Shown here piece by piece: positions 44,610 through 54,574 of a DNA stretch of 64,000 bases. Positions within the stretch are counted from its first letter, which is position 1. Each line of letters starts with the position of its first letter. Source of the stretch: Paramoeba atlantica. Lineage: Eukaryota; Protista; Discosea. Below the pieces are notes generated by a model. It searched no databases and was not told the DNA's origin. It saw only the letters and a list, made by a program, of their open reading frames with translations. The DNA is taken from assembly GCA_977017575.1 (NCBI GenBank), contig CDRNVI010000063.1:615993-679992 (forward strand). The letters are read 5' to 3'. The translations under genes were made by a program, and so were the position numbers.

Positions 44610-47600
44610 TCACTGACGCAGTCCACCAATCCAATGTGCTTCTGGAATATACTCGCGGAGCTGCGATACAATAGTATACGCTGCTAGCTTTTCTATCTCG
44701 AGTTGGAAGGCCTCACGTACGTCTTCGTACTTTTGTTTGGCTCGTTGGGATAATGCCTTGAGGAGGGTTTTGGTGTCGTTGTGCAGAAGACCGCAGTCAG
44801 AGGCGGCCAGGCAACGAAAAGAGTCGCTTTCTACGCCTTTCTCCGTAACGTACTTCTTGAATTTCTTGTCGAGCACGTGCTGCATCAGCGCTGTACTTGT
44901 TTGTTTGGCATAGCTGCTGCAACAAGTGTGAACAACGGTAAAATCATACAGGACCTCCCCCATGTGGGGCCACATAATAGCAAGATCAGTACCGGATCGG
45001 ATTCTGCGGGCTTTGCAAGGATGATGTTCAGCTACTTCCGCTGAGATGGAACACTTGCACTTAGTACAGAAAAACGAAGAATGGATGCGCGGTTCGATAA
45101 TACAAGGGAGACCAGCTTTGGAGCACAAATCTGCGAGGTACCTCACTATGTGTGAGTGCTTTCTGGTGCAATTCATGCCCGAGCACCGGGAGCATCCTGC
45201 GACGTGTGGTATAATGCTGGTAGGAGATTCATGGCCACAGCATCCAGGGCATATAACATCGGCCGGTGCGTTATGTAATCCGATGCCCAAACGCATCATC
45301 AAAGTGTATCGGAAGAGGTACGGGTTTACATAATTGCTGGTGCTTTCTAAATGCATGTTTGATTCCTTTGTACGCTTCAATAAAAGTCCCATGTGAGAAT
45401 CCTTCTGCAGCTCAGTTATCTGTTTATCGTGTTCTGCACTTAGCTTCTTTTTCAATAGCTTGCGCGCTGCCTCTCCTCGACTTTGCGGTTGTTTCACAGC
45501 TTTTTCGCTGCCTTTCTGATCTACCGGAGCGTTATTGGGTTTAAGGTGCTCATCAATAGATTTGCTGGCAGTTTCGAAGAAATGTTTTTGCTTCAGAGTC
45601 GAGGAAATTAAGCCTAGGCCACCGAGTTTCTGTGGTAGAGCGGCGAGTTTCAGGGCGTTTGCGTCTGCTCCACTCCACTTTTCTAGAACTTTGTTTACTT
45701 GGTTCTCGAAGGATTGTGCTAGTTGGAAAGTAGCGCCTGGCCGATGTACTCGTAGATGGTAATCGTGCCGTGGAATCGTACAACGGCGGAGAATGGCAAG
45801 AGACAAATTACTGGGACCCATAAGCAACAACCTGCGGAATAGGCACTTGTGTTTCTCCATTTTCTTGATCAGCAGATTTTCCACGACTTGGTCTGTACCT
45901 ACGTATGCGCCTAAGACTTTTATCGCATCACTGCAAAAGTTTACTCCAAGTTTTTCCAACGGAGGAGGCTGAGCTATGTTGGGAATGTTCTTCTGAAACC
46001 AATCGCATTTCTGGAAATTAATTCGGAGGTTCATCTCTGCGGCGATCTCACGCAGGTAAAAGAAAGCTGCCTCCAATGCTTGCACGTTTTTGGAGCTCAA
46101 AGTCACATCGTCTTGGTATGCTCGGATCTTCACGTCAGGATAGAGGTGCATGAGTTCTCGTAGCGGGCCTTGCAAAAGTGCGCAGAAGTACATTGATGAA
46201 AGTTCCGATCCTTGGCGAATTCCTGAAGAGCTTTCGATGGTAGCAAACAGAGCATTGTGCGCAAAAAATAGCAGCTCAGAGGGAATCCCATATTCTAGGT
46301 AGAATAGGCGCATGAAAGGCTTGAAAATGGGATTACCAAGGAGTGCCTCAGCAATGGCGTTGCGTTGTGGTGTATTATACGCGTTGCTAAAATCGACGGT
46401 GAGGAGAGCATGTCCTTCTTCGTATTCATTTAAAAGTTCGTGAACGATGGACTCACATGCGTTTTTTTGCAAAATGCCTCGTTGAATTGGGGAGAAAAAA
46501 TTTTGCAGAGCGTTTTCATGTCGTTGTAGAAGGATGGAACCGCAAATCTTCAGAATGGTATCCCCCATCGCAATAGGTCGAATTCCATTTTGAGGTTTCG
46601 CTAGCGCGATGATTCTGCATCGGGTTAGACGTTTTCGCACATTCAGAGGAACTTCGCCGTTGATGACATCCCGAAGCATGTGGCAAAGTGAAAGACATGA
46701 CTCTTCGTCGTCTACGAGCAGTCGCATCATGCTTTCACTCAGGCCGGTTGGTCCTGGTGAAGCGCCTCTGGATAATTTTTCGGTCGCTAGGCGAACCTCT
46801 GATTTCTCAACAACGCCAGTCCGTGGGAAGTCTGCTTCCGGGATTCGTATGGCGTCGCCTTCAGGATGAAGTTGTTGAAGCTTTCGCACTTTTTCTTCAG
46901 GAGTGAGAGCTGATTCCTTGTAGACATTGTCCAGGATCCGAGTTGCTTTGCCAAGGTTTCCTGCCCGCGCCGTCTGTAGGGCGTGCCTGATCGAACGCCT
47001 GTCAATTTCTAACTCCGCCCGTTGTTCCGCACTCAAGTTGCTAGCTTCCAAGTTTTCTCGGTCGTTGCGAACATGAGCTACTTTTTGGTTTCGTCGAATT
47101 GCTTGACGTACTGTCGCAAGTGAATCGCGAGGCGCATTCAAAAATTTGTGCCATATCGCCTCTTTTTCTGAGTCAAGCTCCGCCGCTGCATATCCCCGAA
47201 TTATCGCACGGAAAATCGCCACAACATGAACCGCGAAAGATGGGCCTATTTGAGCCATAGGCGGGAGCGGATCAAGGTCACTCTGACCGTCTTCGCATGA
47301 GATGTGCTCCGCTTGTTCCTCCAAATTTTGTGTCGGCATCTCGATTTTGAATAACTTAGTGGCTTGGAGGTTACAGATTCTGATTTTATTGGACGGTGGA
47401 AGATAAAGAAAACCGCATGGACCATCGTGACCTAGAGCCGGCTCGTATGAAATCTTGACTTTCACGGTTGATTTTCGCACGGTCCTGCCTACAACGATGC
47501 CGTTTGACTTGTAGTTTGTAGTGTTCTGTCGGAAGCCCCATTCGATCACACATTCTGTACCCTTGCCCCACTTGGAAACGATGTTGTACACTTGGTCGGG

Positions 47601-48098
47601 CGATTTGTTGCCGGCCTGTGTCATTAGCTCCTGTACTCGATCTTGCGTCGATCCATCGTCGTCCAGACACATTGTATCACTGGTCTCGCTTTCTGTTTCG
47701 GACATTTCTTTGGCTGGGTCCTCTTGGATATGGTTTTCGTCATGGGCTATGTTCTCGTGTGATTGACTCGTAGATCCGATGCGGAAGTTCTTGGCTTTGA
47801 TTTTGATTAGATTCCGCGATGTGATTTCACACGGAGGCTCATGGTCCGCCCAATTCGGGGCTAGTGTTTTGGAACCTATTATCTTGATCTTTGGAGTCTT
47901 CTTCACCTTCACTGGTGTCTCCGTGTGCGATCCTGATTCTTCTGCTACCTTTATTCCGTTCGTCTTGCTTTGATCTCGTTGAGTACGTTGTTTTTCAACT
48001 CTCCCGTGAGACTTCCCGTTGTTCACTGTTGTTCTGCTGCCCTTTTTCCGCGTGTTTTCGGAATCTAAACGAGAAGACGTACGAGAAAGGCGTGTCAT
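44610..48098 (-). CDS. 1162-aa RT-CCHC-RLE protein
   Basis: RPIAMGD, DFSNAYN, GIRQGS, YQDD, CPGC...HVAGC, KHSHIV, GTDLAIMW...YDFTVVH. Confidence 0.92.
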   Translation of the reverse strand: MTRLSRTSSRLDSENTRKKGSRTTVNNGKSHGRVEKQRTQRDQSKTNGIKVAEESGSHTETPVKVKKTPKIKIIGSKTLAPNWADHEPPCEITSRNLIKIKAKNFRIGSTSQSHENIAHDENHIQEDPAKEMSETESETSDTMCLDDDGSTQDRVQELMTQAGNKSPDQVYNIVSKWGKGTECVIEWGFRQNTTNYKSNGIVVGRTVRKSTVKVKISYEPALGHDGPCGFLYLPPSNKIRICNLQATKLFKIEMPTQNLEEQAEHISCEDGQSDLDPLPPMAQIGPSFAVHVVAIFRAIIRGYAAAELDSEKEAIWHKFLNAPRDSLATVRQAIRRNQKVAHVRNDRENLEASNLSAEQRAELEIDRRSIRHALQTARAGNLGKATRILDNVYKESALTPEEKVRKLQQLHPEGDAIRIPEADFPRTGVVEKSEVRLATEKLSRGASPGPTGLSESMMRLLVDDEESCLSLCHMLRDVINGEVPLNVRKRLTRCRIIALAKPQNGIRPIAMGDTILKICGSILLQRHENALQNFFSPIQRGILQKNACESIVHELLNEYEEGHALLTVDFSNAYNTPQRNAIAEALLGNPIFKPFMRLFYLEYGIPSELLFFAHNALFATIESSSGIRQGSELSSMYFCALLQGPLRELMHLYPDVKIRAYQDDVTLSSKNVQALEAAFFYLREIAAEMNLRINFQKCDWFQKNIPNIAQPPPLEKLGVNFCSDAIKVLGAYVGTDQVVENLLIKKMEKHKCLFRRLLLMGPSNLSLAILRRCTIPRHDYHLRVHRPGATFQLAQSFENQVNKVLEKWSGADANALKLAALPQKLGGLGLISSTLKQKHFFETASKSIDEHLKPNNAPVDQKGSEKAVKQPQSRGEAARKLLKKKLSAEHDKQITELQKDSHMGLLLKRTKESNMHLESTSNYVNPYLFRYTLMMRLGIGLHNAPADVICPGCCGHESPTSIIPHVAGCSRCSGMNCTRKHSHIVRYLADLCSKAGLPCIIEPRIHSSFFCTKCKCSISAEVAEHHPCKARRIRSGTDLAIMWPHMGEVLYDFTVVHTCCSSYAKQTSTALMQHVLDKKFKKYVTEKGVESDSFRCLAASDCGLLHNDTKTLLKALSQRAKQKYEDVREAFQLEIEKLAAYTIVSQLREYIPEAHWIGGLRQ

Positions 48099-48129
48099 AA
48101 GCGTAGAAAAATAGAAAATTAAAATGAAT

Positions 48130-48142
48130 CAACAAGGTACAG
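48130..48142 (-). other. Retroposed partial spliced-leader exon (3' 13 nt, CTGTACCTTGTTG)
   Basis: Match to SL 3' end, 31 nt upstream of ATG 48098; fused to a broken APE-family RT. Confidence 0.7.
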
Positions 48143-49550
48143 TAAGCATGATTTTTAATTCAGGTTTCGTTGCAGCAAACAATACAATATCATCCGCGTA
48201 ATCAATGTCAGAAATTCTCAGTTCTTTGAGTCCTCGACTTTTTGTCCCGGATGTGTGCGTTACCAGCCCGAGCTTGTTCATGTCAATATCCTCTACCAAA
48301 ATTCGGTCCAGAACCATAACAAATAAGTAAGGAGCTAGAACATCTCCTTGAAGAGTGCCGCTTACAATAGGAAAATCTTCCGTTGTTCCGTAAGGGGTCC
48401 GTACATGAGATCGAAGATTTTTGTAAATTGACATCACAGCTGCACTCAGTTTTGGAGGTATTTCAAAAGCTCGGAGAGCCTCTTCAATCAATGATTCATC
48501 TTACTTTGCTTGCTTGTTTGCTCGTTTTTCCTAGAAGGATTGTTATTCCAGGTTGAAAAGTGATATTCAAAAAGTGTATCAATATCCACCTAATTGCCAC
48601 GGTGCCAATACTACTGTCGAATTGTTTGGTCCATTGTATTCTCTCAAAATGATTGAAAAACATAGCACGGGAAGCCTCTTTTATGGAGTCGAACGATATT
48701 GATGGAAAGGCTTTCTTGAAGTCTACGAAACATGCGTACACGCCTGTTCCTCTGTGCGATTTGCTTGCAATCTCCATAAATGTTGCCTGCGCGCCTGCTG
48801 TAGATCGATTCGGGCGGAAACCAAATTGGTTCCCACGGAGAGACTTCTCTACTGCTGGTTGGATGCGGTTTAGGATCATTCTGTTCAACACTTTAACCAC
48901 ATGGTTGACAAGGCATATTGGTCTCCAATTTCCCAGTGATTGCAAGTTTCCATTTTTTGGCAGCGGTACCTGTAATATGGACTTCCAAGATTGTTCCGCG
49001 TTCCCAGTTTCATGAACATCGTTCATTATATCAAGCAAAACAGTTCTCAACTCGCTGTCATCTGAAATTGCTCTGAGCGCCTCGATAGGTATGCTATCAG
49101 CCCCAGGAGCTTTTCCCGATTTGACCATTTGAAGAGCTGAAGACAATTCTTCTGGGCGAAATTTTCCGTCGTCAATCTGTTCTAAGCGTTTCGGTGCCGT
49201 TGGAAATCGAATGGTGCCTTTTTCAGCCACTGTCTCGTGTCCGACTTTCGAAAAATGATTTCTAACTGCTTCGAGACTTTCTTTGGCAGTTCTCCCAAAT
49301 ATTGCAAATTCACTTCTATTATCCCCAACAATATTTCGTATGGTTCTATACGCTGATTTAGGCGCCGATTTTAGTTCCTTTTCCAAAATTTCACACTCAG
49401 TTAAAATAGATGTCTCAATTCGATCAGAAAATATCTTAGTCGCATGTTTAAATTCACTTTTGCTGGAAACTACTTTCATAATATTCTTTAAGTTTAACAC
49501 ATCTGGGTCAATTTCCGAAAGAGCCGCATTATCCGCATTTTTTATTTGAT
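48143..49550 (-). pseudogene. Internal RT fragment of another APE-RT-RNase H family, with an about 165-bp insertion near 48495-48655
   Basis: GKAPGADSIP, NWRPICLVNHVVK, NQFGFR, VDFKKAF; then GTLQGDVLAPYLF, IDYADD. Confidence 0.85.
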
Positions 49551-50110
49551 CCCCTTGACGCTGAAGGGATCGCATGTAGGCTGTTACTGTCGACTTTTGC
49601 AATTGACCCCCAGATCGGAATATGATTTGTATCAGACTCTTTGCATACGTATGTGCGGTTTGGATGCTGATGGTACCCGTTGAGTTTGCGGATTGATTAG
49701 TCTCATTTTCGACTCCAAGAAGCATATTATGCACCAATCTTCGCTTGGAACGTCATTTCCGAGATTTTCCTTCCAAACTGTATACTGTTTGTATACGCTG
49801 GAAAGGTGATTCCAGCGCGAGTTGGATTTCTCTTCTAATAGACGATCCTGGCCTAGTACGATCATTTGTTGAACGTCGACTGTAGGAATCGCGGCTCTTG
49901 TTTCTCTGTTGCCTTCCACGCGGTCGAGGAAGAGGTCTTCGATCTCCAGTAAGTTCTTTGCTCTTGATCTTGTTACTATCCCTGTAAAAGCCCTGTTGCT
50001 CGTGGAAGGTTGCTTGTACTGAGTACTTCGGACATGACTGGTAGTGCCGGCGCCGGTTGTGGTTTCCGTTTGATTTCCGTATGTTTCGTTTCCCGGGTAC
50101 GAGGACACTT
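49550..50110 (-). pseudogene. N-terminal fragment of a VIPER/TATE-like tyrosine recombinase
   Basis: SRWNHLSSVYKQY...WCIICFLES and SIQTAHTYAKSLIQII...TAYMRSLQRQG align by eye with ATWATRERLWFRL...AVLFLET and STRMGYAGALRTLF...SLYVKALQAQG of 21586..22770. Confidence 0.6.
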
Positions 50111-50821
50111 CCGTGAGTACTCATCGAAACGCCCACGTGTCAAAACGAAACTCATCGAAACGAAAGAAACTCATCGAAGGTGATTTTAATTACTTTTGAG
50201 GTGGTAGCTGCATTTTCGACTAAAAAACAAATACACAATACTGCGGAAGTGGCAGACATAGGTCCTCAGTGCGCGATCTCAGTGCGGAGTTAATATCCTC
50301 CACCTCTCGTGCTCTAATCTTGAGCGCCGAAAATCCCATTCTGCTCGGTTGGACCTCGAGGCACTGGTTGGCGTAAACGTCGGGATGAATATGAAGGGTG
50401 TAGCTGTGGGGCGTGTCTTTTGGAAGTCTGTTTGTAAGACAGATTAGTATGAAGTAAAGCCCTTGAAGGGGCAAAGATATCAGAACGCTGAAAATATGGA
50501 GTAAAAAAATGCATTAGAAATCAACGGACCCTTTTTTTAAGAATAAATTATAAGAAGATATACGTTGACAACGCCTGCGTAGCGAAAACTACGAAATTCA
50601 GTGAGCTTCGCAAATTGCTTCCCACTAACGACGCACAGGGGAATCCTACGCGGGGTACGGCTCAGGCCCGCTCACGCGGGCCCTCGCCGTTTCGCGGCCG
50701 CGCGCACCCCCGCTCACGCGGGGGCCCCCGCGCGGCCAAAATGGGTACTAAAATTTGTTATCAAGGTAGTTGGGCTTCGCAAATTGCTTCCCACGAATCT
50801 AGAGAGAAGCACACGTACAAT

Positions 50822-50860
50822 AATCTTTAACGATAAAGATACAGTTTCTGCACCTTGTTG
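50822..50860 (+). other. Retroposed full-length spliced-leader exon (39 nt, one T>C)
   Basis: AATCTTTAACGATAAAGATACAGTTTCTGCACCTTGTTG followed by a T-rich UTR and ATG 50884. Confidence 0.85.
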
Positions 50861-50883
50861 ATTATTTACTTTTTTTACCTTTC

Positions 50884-51159
50884 ATGGGAGTGTTCACACG
50901 CTCCAAAGCAAAAGAATCAGGAGTGGCTCCTGAGATTTTGCCGCTCCCTCCTGCCCGCCGGAAAAAGAAGGCCGTGATGCCAACTCCTCCTCCGCCCGCC
51001 GTGCCAATATCCACCACCTCCGCATGGAGCGCGCGGGTCGCCAAAAAATATAATTTTGTCCCAGGGCTACGCTCACAGTTGGGCCTTGCTCGCAAACGGG
51101 GGCTTTTGCCTCCAGAAGTGGGCTTCGCTCAAAGTTGGGCCTTGCCTCCAGACACGTAA
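50884..51159 (+). CDS. Short Pro/Lys-rich ORF homologous to the mini-element ORF at 2618-3253
   Basis: MGVFTRSKAKESGVAPEILPLPPARRKKK vs MGMITRSRAKETGVAPVVQPLPPTRRRKK; both contain QLGLAR. Confidence 0.6.
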   Translation: MGVFTRSKAKESGVAPEILPLPPARRKKKAVMPTPPPPAVPISTTSAWSARVAKKYNFVPGLRSQLGLARKRGLLPPEVGFAQSWALPPDT

Positions 51160-51556
51160 ACTAGGTGTCATAGTATAGGAAAACAAATACACAAACCTGC
51201 GGAAGTGGCAGACACAGATTCTCAGTGTCGCCGCTTTCTTATTTTCATGTTCTCGATTTTTTTCTTGCCAAAGCAATTAAAATCACCTTCGATGAGAAGA
51301 TTGACGTTTCGATGAGTCACCCTGTGACACGTAGGCACTTCGATGAGAAATCATCGAAGTGTCTCAAAAACTCACTGAAGTGCCCGTGGAGCCCGTTTCC
51401 CTCTTCTTGAAATTGATTTTTTATGCCCCTTAATAAATATATTTCCAGAATATTCTTCACTGTAAAGATTATTGCCCCTAATGTCGATAGTTCTATTATA
51501 TTGCCCCTTATATAATCTATTGTTTCTTGGACTAAATTTCTGTTGAATTCTTCGAG

Positions 51557-52329
51557 TCAGAATTTTTTCCCTTGCGGTTTTGTCATCGGGCCCGCGTTTC
51601 GCCCTGTTCGGTCGTTTTTTGTATCCATGGCTTTGATCATTGCAGGTAGAATTTTTCCCCGCAGTCCCCCGGTCGTTTTTGCTTCTTCAAGAACCTGTGC
51701 GAAGACGCGGCAGTCCCCATGTTGAACGCGAACTTTGTAAGCAACCAACGCCGCCAATATGTTGTCCCCGACCGCCATGTTCCCGTCTGATTTCCATACA
51801 AGTCCCATTTTCATTGAGTTTCGCACCCAAGCCAAAAATGCTAGCAACAAATCGTTCTTCCGATGCTCGTCTTGGTGATAGCGTGGGGCATTGCGTTCGG
51901 CAGCTCCAATACCAAAGTAGCGACGCAAATGAGCGTCCAATTCCACAAAACTACGATCTCGCGTCTCCGAGGGTGCCTCGATGAACATCGCGTACGTAGA
52001 TAATTCAAGCGGTTCGAACGTTCCAGTCTCTCGGCCTTCAACACGCTCCATCGCAGCGGAGTAAGGGTCAGTGGCGAGTTTCTCCACCACACGTAATCGA
52101 GCATTCGTCGGAGGAAACGTAAGCTCGCCAATTTCGCATAGTCCACCAACATGGTTGTTTTCTCTTCGCCAATCTTCTTCACCACTCCCTTCCACATTTC
52201 TCCACGTGGCACTTTGTCTGAGGACCATAAAACCGCGATAGTGTCGCCAACCTGACTCTCGGCCACAAACCGTCCAATGCGAGAGTCAGATAGTTGGGGG
52301 AGGTCATTCACGGTGCGTTTTTTTTGCAT
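51557..52329 (-). pseudogene. Frameshifted gag/ORF1-like gene, homologous to 20713-21582
   Basis: FEPLELSTYAMFI ~ YDPVTWQPWI; KNDLLLAFLAWV ~ RERLFKMLTEWV; NMAVGDNILAAL ~ NLAVALLIIEEL; split between ORFs 51841..52329 and 51557..52228. Confidence 0.65.
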
Positions 52330-52331
52330 TG

Positions 52332-53614
52332 AGAGTGCATAAATCCACTTTGGCGCGCCGCTGCTGCTGCGCGTGGTCTCAGGTTTTGGTTTTCAGAAAA
52401 AGGCATATCAAAGTTTTGTGACTTCACGACTTCAATCGCGGCGATTTGCGTGTGCGGTGCCTCGGATCGCGCAACGCAAATCCATCAACATTCGGAGCGC
52501 ACACTCACGAGTGCATAAATCCACTTTGGCGCGCCGCTGCGTGCTGCGCGTGGTCTCAGCTTTCGGTTTTCAGAAAAAGGCGCATCAAAGTTTTGCGACT
52601 TCACGACTTCAATCGCGGCGATTTGCGTGTGCGGTGCCTCGGATCGCGCAACGCAAATCCATCAACATTCGGAGCGCACACTCACGATTGCATAAATCCA
52701 CTTTGGCGCGCCGCTGCGTGCTGCGCGTGGTCTCAGCTTTCGGTTTTCAGAAAAAGGCGCATCAAAGTTTTGTGACTTCGCGACTTCAATCGCGGCGATT
52801 TGCGTGTGCGGTGCCTCGGATCGCGCAACGCAAATCCATCAACATTCGGAGCGCACACTCACGAGTGCATAAATCCACTTTGGCGCGCCGCTGCGTGCTG
52901 CGCGTGGTCTCAGCTTTCGGTTTTCAGAAAAAGGCGCATCAAAGTTTTGCGACTTCACGACTTCAATCGCGGCGATTTGCGTGTGCGGTGCCTCGGATCG
53001 CGCAACGCAAATCCATCAACATTCGGAGCGCACACTCACGAGTGCATAAATCCACTTTGGCGCGCCGCTGCGTGCTGCGCGTGGTCTCAGCTTTCGGTTT
53101 TCAGAAAAAGGCGCATCAAAGTTTTGCGACTTCACGACTTCAATCGCGGCGATTTGCGTGTGCGGTGCCTCGGATCGCGCAACGCAAATCCATCAACATT
53201 CGGAGCGCACACTCACGATTGCATAAATCCACTTTGGCGCGCCGCTGCGTGCTGCGCGTGGTCTCAGCTTTCGGTTTTCAGAAAAAGGCGCATCAAAGTT
53301 TTGTGACTTCGCGACTTCAATCGCGGCGATTTGCGCGATGTGTGCGGTGCCTCGGATCGCGCAACGAAAATCCATCAACATTCGGAATGCGCACTCACGA
53401 GTGCATAAATCCACTTTGGCGCGCCCCTGCTGCTGCGCGTGGTCTCAGGTTTTGGTTTTCAGAAAAAGACATATCAAAGTTTTCTGACATCACGACTTCA
53501 ATCGCGGCGATTTGCATGTGCGCTGCCTCGGATCGCGCAACGCAAATCCATCAACATTCGGAGCTCACACTCACGAGTGCATATATCCACTTTGGCGCGC
53601 CGCTGCGTGCTGCG
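52332..53614. repeat. 177-bp tandem repeat, about 7.2 copies
   Basis: Anchor CA(T/A)A(A/T)ATCCACTTTGGCGCG recurs at 52338, 52514, 52691, 52868, 53045, 53222, 53404, 53580. Confidence 0.95.
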
Positions 53615-53673
53615 AAACCATATGTGATACATTCGTGAAAAATGTGGAGGAGTCAATTCAGGGGGGAAATAAA
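53613..53673 (+). other. 61-bp insert identical to an internal segment of element B (32283-32343)
   Basis: CGAAACCATATGTGATACATTCGTGAAAAATGTGGAGGAGTCAATTCAGGGGGGAAATAAA at both sites. Confidence 0.9.
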
Positions 53674-53679
53674 GGGGGG

Positions 53680-54574
53680 AGACTACTACGAGTAGATCTT
53701 ATGTTTTCCTTTTTGTAAATTATGCAGTCTGACTTAGCTTCTAATATCGATTAGAAGTTCGGATTCTCTTTTGACCATGGATCTCCAACTCTAAATTCCC
53801 AACTCTGCGGCACCCTTATCCTTCTCCAGAAAAGACCGCAGCTGTGAATGCACAACGGCCCCATTTAACTCTTGCAGGTGGAGCTGAAATTCGAGGTGTA
53901 CTTGCTTCCGGGGGAGACAGCACGCATCTGCTAGAGCACTCAGAAGGGACTTCGTGTTGTGGTGAAGCGCCCCCCCTGACAGCATTGGAATGCATCTGAA
54001 CATGTCCTCAGGAATTGTGCCGGGTCGGACGTAAGTGTCATGCTTACGTTTGATGGCATCACGAAACAGCTTTGCACAGTTTGTACCTAGGTTCGATGCC
54101 TCTAATTCATGAATTACGGTGAAATCATAAAAAATTTCCCCTGTATTCCAAAAAACGACAAGGTCAGGTCCTGATCTTCGAAAAGAACGACCACCGCATA
54201 CCTTTTCATGCGTCCGCCGGTAATCGGAGTCCACTTTCTGGTTACACTGCGTGCACGCATATGTCGAGAAATTACGCGGTTCTTTTTCGCATGGAATGCC
54301 TGCCTTCAAACAGAGCTCGTAAAGAAAATTGACTAGCGAATTATGTTTTGTAGTTGCGTTTAAGCCTTGGCACTTCGAACACCCGGGGATGTGTGTTAAA
54401 ATTGTTTGCGATTCTAGTAGCATTTTGCAACCCGGGCAGAGCAATTGCTTAGGTAGACTCGGATGAGCAATACCCAATCTCGGCATCATTGCAAGCGAGA
54501 ACAAATGCGAGGGCACAAATTTTGCATTGGACATAACCCATTCTGCATTACCCGTGTAACTTACCGCTTTCAGG
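53680..54574 (-). mobile_element. 3' fragment of a G-like CRE element (CCHC-RLE and 3'UTR)
   Basis: ORF 53791..54606: CPGC...HIPGC, KHNSLV, RSGPDLVVFWNTGEIFYDFTVIH. Confidence 0.87.

Larger units (their letters stand above)
44458..48142 (-). mobile_element. Full-length SL-capped CRE-type element F (related to H)
   Basis: T-run 44458-44484; ORF 44610..48098; partial SL 48130-48142. Confidence 0.9.

Noticed and set aside
50822-50860. SL RNA gene (also at the other six SL sites)
   Set aside because: No GT donor or SL intron after the exon; each is followed by a short UTR and an ATG, as in a spliced mRNA
52373-53638. 421-aa ORF with 59-aa repeats; relationship to Trypanosoma brucei 177-bp minichromosome repeats
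   Set aside because: The ORF is a by-product of a 177-bp unit divisible by three, and terminal units have indels; only the length matches the AT-rich T. brucei repeat, and I see no sequence support
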